From positions 1,818-65,817 of the forward strand of contig CAJXBJ010000002.1 of NCBI GenBank assembly GCA_913050195.1: a DNA stretch of 64,000 nt, given 5' to 3'. Shown here piece after piece: positions 57,868-64,000 of the stretch. The notes under the pieces are model-generated. The model was not told the origin of the DNA, ran no database searches, and saw only the letters and a program-made list of their open reading frames with translations. Each line of letters opens with the position of its first letter. Positions within the stretch are counted from its first letter, which is position 1. Source of the DNA: an uncultured Saprospirales bacterium. GTDB lineage: Bacteria > Bacteroidota > Bacteroidia > Chitinophagales > CAJXBJ01. A program made the translations under genes and the position numbers.

Positions 57868-59726
57868 TCAAATCGGCTTGGCTTCTTATCGCATTACAGA
57901 CTGTAATTATTTTTAATATATACGGACAAATAAGAAGTCTAGATTTTGACCCACAATTAGCACCTTTTTATCATGGTGTTGCTTCTGGCGACCCCTCTAA
58001 TGATGGATTTATCATATGGACAAGAGTCAGCCCTGAACCCAATCAAACGAATTCAATAAGCGGCACCTGGAAAATAGCTGCCGACTCCAGCATGCAGCAA
58101 ATGGTTAAGTCCGGAGTATTTTCAACAGATAGCAGTATAGACTACACCGTAAAAATCAGAATAGATGGATTACAGCCTGGTCAATTTTATTATTATGAAT
58201 TTGAGAGTAATGGACGTTATTCATTAGTTGGCCGTTCGAAAACTGCACCAATTGGAGACAATGATAGTCTTCGATTTGCAGTAGTTTCTTGTGCTCATTA
58301 TGAAGCAGGTTATTTTAATGTGTATGAAGCTATTAGAAAGCGGAACGATATAGACGCGGTCATTCATCTGGGAGACTATATATATGAGTATGGACGCGGG
58401 GAATACGGACAATTCTTTATAAATGATAGAGAGTATGAACCAAGTGGTGAGGCTATGGATCTCAATTCTTACCGAACACGCTATTCACAGTATCGTCTTG
58501 ACGCAGACCTGCGAAGGTTACACCAACAATACCCAATGATGATTGTATGGGATGATCATGAAAGCGCTAACAATAGCTATGCTGATGGAGCACAAAATCA
58601 TGATAGCAATGAAGGTATTTGGGAGGATAGAAAGCTAGCCTCAATTAAAGCTTTTCATGAATGGCTGCCTATAAGCCAAGTAGACAGTAATGATAATAAG
58701 CGAATTTTTCGCAATATAAAATATGGTGATTTAGCTTCTATTATTTTTCTAGACACTCGCTTATATGGCAGAGATGTTCAAATGAATTTCACAAATAGCT
58801 CGATTCAAGACTCAAACCGAACTATACTTGGTAGTTATCAGGAAAATTGGCTTTTCAATGCACTAAAAGATAGCTCAACCCAATGGAAAATAGTTGCTCA
58901 ACAAGTAATGATGGCTCCTTTAAAAATAGTATCCAACAATAACTTAAGCTTTGTAAATGAAGATCAATGGGATGGCTACCCTAAAGCTAGAGAGAGATTG
59001 GCTAATTTTGTAATAGATAGTGGTATTCAAAACTTTGTAGTTGCAACTGGTGACATCCACACATCATGGGCCAATGATTTACCTCTAGATAATTATAACT
59101 CAAATACGGGCAATGGAAGCTATGGCGTAGAATTCGTTACGCCTTCTGTGACTTCACCCGGCCTCAGCTTTAATTTACCACCTTCCTTTATACAAGCAAC
59201 AAACCCACACACAAAATTTGTAAATACATTAGACAAAGGCTTTATAATTTTAGATGTAAACAAGACTCGATGCCAAGCAGAGTGGTATCACATTAATAGC
59301 ATTCAATTTAAAACCTCACAAACGAGTCATGCTACATCAGCTTATGTAATCAATAATGAAAGACATTTAAATATCACCCAAAGCATTAGCTTGGCAAGTA
59401 AAAACCATTCTGCCCCTTTTGGACCGGATATACCAAACAATCCTTCTTATATAAATGAGAATAACAACCCTACCCTTTTGTCTATTTACCCAAACCCTGT
59501 CAAAGACTTATTGCATTTACAATTAATTATCAATCAAAATTCAACTCTCAATAAGATACAATGCTTTGATGGACTTGGAAAACAAGTTTTTTTTAAAGTA
59601 ATAACTCAACCAACTAATGGGCTAAAAAATATAACAATAAATACGGCGCCATTAGAATCAGGGAATTATATAATCACCATGGTTGGAGATAAATTTAAGT
59701 ATAGCCGGCAATTTGTTAAACATTAG
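57864..59726 (+). CDS. phoD: PhoD-family alkaline phosphatase with T9SS type-A CTD
   Basis: 'FYHGVASGDPSNDGFIIWTRV', 'HLGDYIYEY' and 'WDDHE'. CTD 'IYPNPVKDLLHLQ…GNYIITM'. There is an ATGA overlap with the upstream adhesin gene. Confidence 0.9.
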   Translation: MIKSAWLLIALQTVIIFNIYGQIRSLDFDPQLAPFYHGVASGDPSNDGFIIWTRVSPEPNQTNSISGTWKIAADSSMQQMVKSGVFSTDSSIDYTVKIRIDGLQPGQFYYYEFESNGRYSLVGRSKTAPIGDNDSLRFAVVSCAHYEAGYFNVYEAIRKRNDIDAVIHLGDYIYEYGRGEYGQFFINDREYEPSGEAMDLNSYRTRYSQYRLDADLRRLHQQYPMMIVWDDHESANNSYADGAQNHDSNEGIWEDRKLASIKAFHEWLPISQVDSNDNKRIFRNIKYGDLASIIFLDTRLYGRDVQMNFTNSSIQDSNRTILGSYQENWLFNALKDSSTQWKIVAQQVMMAPLKIVSNNNLSFVNEDQWDGYPKARERLANFVIDSGIQNFVVATGDIHTSWANDLPLDNYNSNTGNGSYGVEFVTPSVTSPGLSFNLPPSFIQATNPHTKFVNTLDKGFIILDVNKTRCQAEWYHINSIQFKTSQTSHATSAYVINNERHLNITQSISLASKNHSAPFGPDIPNNPSYINENNNPTLLSIYPNPVKDLLHLQLIINQNSTLNKIQCFDGLGKQVFFKVITQPTNGLKNITINTAPLESGNYIITMVGDKFKYSRQFVKH

Positions 59727-59757
59727 TTATATTTGATAGCATAAGGTCGTGATATCA

Positions 59758-62700
59758 ATGAATCGCTTTTTACTTTTTCTGAGTATTGTTTTTACAGCTT
59801 CTTATATAAGTGCTCAATGTAGCGTAACCAACCTTAATACGGACCTAATTATTAGTTCTAATCAAAGTCTTACAGGAACATATAATATTCAAGGCACCTT
59901 CAGAGTAAATGCTGGAATAACGGTAACCGTCACGCCTTATTCTTCAAATAATTGTGGCGAGCTCATAATAAATGCGGATAATATTGAAATATTAGGTACG
60001 ATTGATGCAGATGGCGCTGGTTTTGATGGTGGACAAGGTGGCCTAACTCAATCATCGGGAGTAAATACTACATACCTCACTAGCTGTGCAAATAAAGACA
60101 ATTGTTATACTGTGCAAGTTTTTGGGGGTAATGCTGGAAGTTCAGGAAATGGTTTTGGAGGAGGCTATAACGGGAATAATGGAACCAGCGGAATAGGCCC
60201 CAAACAAAGATGTGGAAACTCAGATGATGATTATGGTCTCATTGGTGGAGCTGGCGGTGGCGGTGGCGGTGGCGGTGGCACCTATGGAGGAGCTGGTGAG
60301 TCTGCTCAAGATGGTGGATCTGGAGGTCTTAGTGGTGGCGCATGTGGGAATACACCCAGTTGTGCAAATCCCCAAAATGGTTTTGGGGGAGCGGGTGGTA
60401 ATGGAGGCCCTGTTTATGGAACTGTTTCAGGTATAGACATAGATAAAGGTTCTGGTGGCGCGGGAGCAGGATCTGGAGGAAAAAGCCAAGGCAATGGCAA
60501 CTTAGGTGGCAATGGCGGTAATGGTGGTGGCCTTGTAAAATTAACAGCATCCAATTCCCTGACATTTAGTGGAAATATCTCTGCTAATGGCAGTAATGGT
60601 GGCAATGGTGGTAGTGGTGGCAATGGTGGTACAACTAGTAGATGTTGTACAGATGGGTGTAATGGTTGTGATGAAATTACTTATTCAAATGGTGCAGGTG
60701 GTGGCGCAGGTGCAGGTGGTGGTGCAGGTGGCGGAATTTACATGTTTGCATATGGCAATATGAACGTAACAGGAAGTTTAGAAAGCAAGGGAGGCCAAGG
60801 TGGCAGTGGATCTAGCGGTGGCAACGGCAGTTCTTCATGTGACCACTCTCCTTTTCTTGGAATCTGTGAGTGTGATGGCAGTGGCACATCGGCAGGAACT
60901 AGTGGAAACAATGGTGGTGATGGCGGTGGTGGGCGAATAAAAGTGTTTAGCAACCCATGCCAAACTAATACTTTAAATCCATCCATGGATGTAAGCGCTC
61001 CTGGTGGCGCAATTGACGGAAGTACTTTTATGGGAAATTATCCAGGCTTAGAGCCCTTAAGTATAAGTTTAAGTATCGATTCAAGTATTTTATGCAGTGG
61101 TGACAGCTCTGGCATTTTAATAACTAATGCGATTACAGGTAGTGGCCCATTTACATATATTTGGTCTAACGGAGACACTATCGCATCAATTAATGACACT
61201 TTCAACCAATTAGACTCTCTAGGTGCTGGTCTTTATGCAGTAACTGTTAAAGATGGATATGGCTGTGTAGAAAGCCAAACAATTGCCTTAACGGACCCAA
61301 ATGCTATTCAGCTTACCATGAATAGTTCAATTGCTAATTGTGATTCTAATGATGCATGGGCAAGTGTTGAAATCACAAATGGAATATCACCTTTTCAAAT
61401 TGCTTGGAATGACGGGGCTATGCAAACTGCAGATACTGCTGTTAACTTAAATAGCGGCTGGTATACAGTAGTTGTTCAGGATAGTGCACAATGCCTTGCA
61501 ATGGATAGTGTCTTTGTTACGCAAGATTCTAGCTTGGCTATGCCAGATGAAATATTTGGACCTGATACTATTTGTATTAGCAGTATTGAAAACTATTTTA
61601 TTAACTATGCAGGAAATGCAGACAGCTTTCATTGGAGTAGCACTTATCTTAGCTTTATAACAAATGATAGTAGTTCGTCATTAGATTTACAAGCAATAAA
61701 TTCGGCATTTAATCCTTATGAGATATGTGTAAAAGCAGTAAATAATTGTGCAACATCTACAGAATTATGCAAGTCTATAATTGTAAACACAACACCTAAT
61801 CCAGATACTTTAATTGCGCCTAGTACTTTATGCCCTAATACCCAGTATTCATTTTCAAGTAACGCAGCAGGTATTGATAGCTTTTTATGGACAATACCTA
61901 GCGGCTCTCAAATCCTTCAACAAGACAGTCAATTTGTTCAAATATTAACGGGCTATCAATCAGGACAACTTTGCGTCCAAAGCTTCAATGATTGTGGAGC
62001 TAGTCAGAGCCTATGCTTAAATTTAGAAATTGTTGACACCTTGGCTATAGCAGGCAATATTAACGGGCCATTAATGGTGTGTAATGGTAACTCTAATACA
62101 TATACAATAAACGCAGATACCGCAGCAACTAATTACAATTGGATTATTAATGGCGGGCAAATTCTTAGTGGCCAAGGAACTAATAGCATCTCTGCTTCTT
62201 TTTCTACAAATGGAACACTGCAAGTAATAATTAGCAATGTTTGTGACACCTCCTATTCTAATAGCATTTCTATTACTACAAACTCAAACCCTGCAGCATC
62301 ATTCAATTACAATGGAAATCGCTGTGTAAACGAAAATATAATTTTCACAAGCACATCAACAGGAAATGGAATTAATTACAATTGGGATTTTGGGGATGGT
62401 CAAAGTGGAAATTCTAATCCTGTTACACATGCTTACAATGCATCAGGCACATACAATGTGACATTATATGTTACTGATGACAATGGATGCATAGATAGCC
62501 TTACAAAGGTTGTAGAAATTTCTGATGGACCTTTTGCAAATTATATATTTAGAAATCATTGTCACAGAGACAGTATACTTTTTGTTGACCAAAGTACGAA
62601 TGGTGCCGCTTATTGGCAATGGCAATTTGGAGATGGAACCACTTCCAACCTTCAAAACCCAAATCACCTTTTCAATAATCCAGGTAATTTTGATGTTGAA

Positions 62701-63270
62701 TTAATTGTAACAGATACCTTTGGCTGTGTAAACTCAATTACAAAAAATGTTCAAATTGATGAAAGCCCTTCTTATTCCGTAAAGCCTCAAGACACAACGG
62801 TTGTAATGGGCGAATACGTTCAAATTACAACAAGTGGTGGAATCCAACATATCTGGTCACCAAGCACAGGCCTAGATGACTCAACACTTGCAAACCCTAT
62901 TGCACAACCCTTGGAGGATCAAATTTATCTTGTTCAAATACTTAATGAAGACTCTTGTCAACAAATTGATACTGTAATAATTAATATTAGTGATGATTTT
63001 ACACTTTTCATGCCCAATGCCTTTTCTCCAAACAATGATGGTAAAAATGATTTCTACAAAATAGGTGGCTTAGGAATATTAGAAATGCATTTGCAGATAT
63101 ACAATAGATTTGGAGAACTTGTTTTTGAGACTCAGGATAAGAATGAGCTTTGGGATGGTTCTTTCAATGGAAAAACTAATGCAAATACTAGCTACCGATA
63201 TAAAATCCTTGTTACATATTATAATGGACAAATAGAATCCAAGCAAGGAAGTATTACCCTTTTAAATTAA
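59758..63270 (+). CDS. Giant glycine-rich / SprB-repeat / PKD protein with T9SS type-B (CHU_C) CTD
   Basis: Signal peptide from the ATG at 59758. A Gly-rich segment of about 300 aa. SprB-like 'CSGDSSG…PFTYIWSNGD' units. Two PKD units. CTD 'FMPNAFSPNNDGKNDFYKIGG…IYNRFGELVF…WDG'. Confidence 0.85.
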   Translation: MNRFLLFLSIVFTASYISAQCSVTNLNTDLIISSNQSLTGTYNIQGTFRVNAGITVTVTPYSSNNCGELIINADNIEILGTIDADGAGFDGGQGGLTQSSGVNTTYLTSCANKDNCYTVQVFGGNAGSSGNGFGGGYNGNNGTSGIGPKQRCGNSDDDYGLIGGAGGGGGGGGGTYGGAGESAQDGGSGGLSGGACGNTPSCANPQNGFGGAGGNGGPVYGTVSGIDIDKGSGGAGAGSGGKSQGNGNLGGNGGNGGGLVKLTASNSLTFSGNISANGSNGGNGGSGGNGGTTSRCCTDGCNGCDEITYSNGAGGGAGAGGGAGGGIYMFAYGNMNVTGSLESKGGQGGSGSSGGNGSSSCDHSPFLGICECDGSGTSAGTSGNNGGDGGGGRIKVFSNPCQTNTLNPSMDVSAPGGAIDGSTFMGNYPGLEPLSISLSIDSSILCSGDSSGILITNAITGSGPFTYIWSNGDTIASINDTFNQLDSLGAGLYAVTVKDGYGCVESQTIALTDPNAIQLTMNSSIANCDSNDAWASVEITNGISPFQIAWNDGAMQTADTAVNLNSGWYTVVVQDSAQCLAMDSVFVTQDSSLAMPDEIFGPDTICISSIENYFINYAGNADSFHWSSTYLSFITNDSSSSLDLQAINSAFNPYEICVKAVNNCATSTELCKSIIVNTTPNPDTLIAPSTLCPNTQYSFSSNAAGIDSFLWTIPSGSQILQQDSQFVQILTGYQSGQLCVQSFNDCGASQSLCLNLEIVDTLAIAGNINGPLMVCNGNSNTYTINADTAATNYNWIINGGQILSGQGTNSISASFSTNGTLQVIISNVCDTSYSNSISITTNSNPAASFNYNGNRCVNENIIFTSTSTGNGINYNWDFGDGQSGNSNPVTHAYNASGTYNVTLYVTDDNGCIDSLTKVVEISDGPFANYIFRNHCHRDSILFVDQSTNGAAYWQWQFGDGTTSNLQNPNHLFNNPGNFDVELIVTDTFGCVNSITKNVQIDESPSYSVKPQDTTVVMGEYVQITTSGGIQHIWSPSTGLDDSTLANPIAQPLEDQIYLVQILNEDSCQQIDTVIINISDDFTLFMPNAFSPNNDGKNDFYKIGGLGILEMHLQIYNRFGELVFETQDKNELWDGSFNGKTNANTSYRYKILVTYYNGQIESKQGSITLLN
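60253..60279 (+). repeat. (GGCGGT)4GGC hexanucleotide microsatellite inside the Gly-rich coding region
   Basis: Read directly from the sequence. It encodes a run of nine Gly codons. The unit length is a multiple of 3, so length changes would stay in frame. Confidence 0.9.
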
Positions 63271-63276
63271 TACTTA

Positions 63277-64000
63277 ATGGGTATCCTAAGGGCTTTATTT
63301 CGAATATTATTTAAGCTCGATTTAGCTAAGCCTCATTATTTTGGCCTACGCGATACACTGCTATCACCTCTTGGTCTGCTAAGAGGCGAAAAGCAGGTTA
63401 GTCGTCAGGGATTAAAATGGAAGCTTGATTTACAGGATTGGATTCAATCACAGATATATTATTTAGGTGAATACTATACTGAACGAAATCATCTAAATGC
63501 ATGGCTTAGTTTAATAAAACCTGGTAATTATATAATTGACATAGGTGCTAATATTGGTTATTATTCTCTTTTAAGTGCACATAAGCACGACGTAAATATC
63601 ATTGCTTTTGAACCAGACCATAAAAACAGAGCCCGACTTGAAGAACATTTAAAACTAAATACAGAACTAAATAGCATACAAATTCAGCCGGTAGCTTTGA
63701 GCAACAAAACAGGAAATGCATTTCTTAATGAGCATAAAAGTGATAACTGGGGCATGTCTTCTTTAAGCACAGAAGAAACGGATAGACCTATAAAAACCAC
63801 AACCTTAGATGAATTCAGCAAAGACCAAAAACTAAGGTCTATAGACCTAATTAAAATTGATACCGAGGGCCACGAATTGAAAATTATTGAAGGTGGTATA
63901 AAATGCATAAAAAAGTATAGACCCATATTGGCAATTGAAATAACGTCACAAAATTTCGCCAATATATATCAACTTTTACAAGAAATAAATTACACTTTAA
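63277..64000 (+). CDS. FkbM-family SAM-dependent methyltransferase (3' end outside the window; not in the ORF track)
   Basis: My own translation from the ATG at 63277 stays open to the window edge: MGILRALF…'IIDIGANIGYYSL' (SAM site) and 'IDLIKIDTEGHELKIIEG' (FkbM block). Confidence 0.75.
   Translation, partial: MGILRALFRILFKLDLAKPHYFGLRDTLLSPLGLLRGEKQVSRQGLKWKLDLQDWIQSQIYYLGEYYTERNHLNAWLSLIKPGNYIIDIGANIGYYSLLSAHKHDVNIIAFEPDHKNRARLEEHLKLNTELNSIQIQPVALSNKTGNAFLNEHKSDNWGMSSLSTEETDRPIKTTTLDEFSKDQKLRSIDLIKIDTEGHELKIIEGGIKCIKKYRPILAIEITSQNFANIYQLLQEINYTL

Noticed and set aside
60212-60986. Five ORFs of 64-82 aa on both strands, rich in Pro, Leu, Val or His (e.g. 'PPLPPLPPLLPL').
   Set aside because: All lie inside the glycine-rich (GGN-codon) part of the 59758-63270 gene. 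They are frame or antisense artefacts of the codon bias.
1-64000. A search for mobile-element hallmarks (integrase, transposase, phage genes, tRNA-flanked islands, long direct or inverted terminal repeats), rRNA/tRNA genes and CRISPR arrays.
   Set aside because: None was recognised by eye in the ORF track or in the intergenic regions. The lipid-catabolism block therefore cannot be called a mobile island on this evidence. A tRNA/ncRNA scan with dedicated tools would be needed to exclude small RNAs rigorously.

Overview
AT-rich chromosomal segment that reads as Bacteroidota, probably Flavobacteriales-like. Support: seven proteins with T9SS type-A or type-B (gliding-motility/CHU_C) C-terminal domains, SprB/PKD adhesins, and TAnnTTTG -7 boxes. 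I count about 50 protein-coding genes. By eye I found no rRNA, tRNA, CRISPR array, integrase or transposase. All family calls come from motif recognition in the supplied translations; no searches were run.

Recognisable blocks:
- a SEC-C mini-protein with folE
- a TPR-SpoIIE phosphatase
- a class I ribonucleotide reductase whose ATP-cone sits on NrdB rather than NrdA (class Id-like)
- a Crp/YceI/pirin stress cluster, preceded by a secreted 6 x 11-residue repeat protein
- bestrophin/DUF2007/SGNH genes and AsmA
- a complete reductive pyrimidine-degradation set (dihydropyrimidinase, beta-ureidopropionase, PreT, PreA) with a translationally coupled nitroreductase
- panD, KorAB, and a DUF4212 + Na/solute symporter pair
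- a run of very large T9SS cargo proteins: a PGRP-type amidase, PhoD, and a glycine-rich adhesin

The most interesting region is about 30.3-40.4 kb. It holds tightly packed, strikingly eukaryote-like lipid-backbone cleavage genes:
- EEP phosphodiesterase, His2/HisJ-type PHP phosphatase, FGGY kinase and sphingosine-1-phosphate lyase in one operon
- an Mpo1/DUF962-like gene tail-to-tail with the lyase
- an alkylglycerol-monooxygenase-like hydroxylase overlapping a YhhN lysoplasmalogenase, followed by a TonB-dependent receptor

I interpret this as a candidate, apparently undescribed, sphingoid/ether-lipid catabolic island with a non-canonical kinase. A sulfonolipid (capnine) substrate is also possible.
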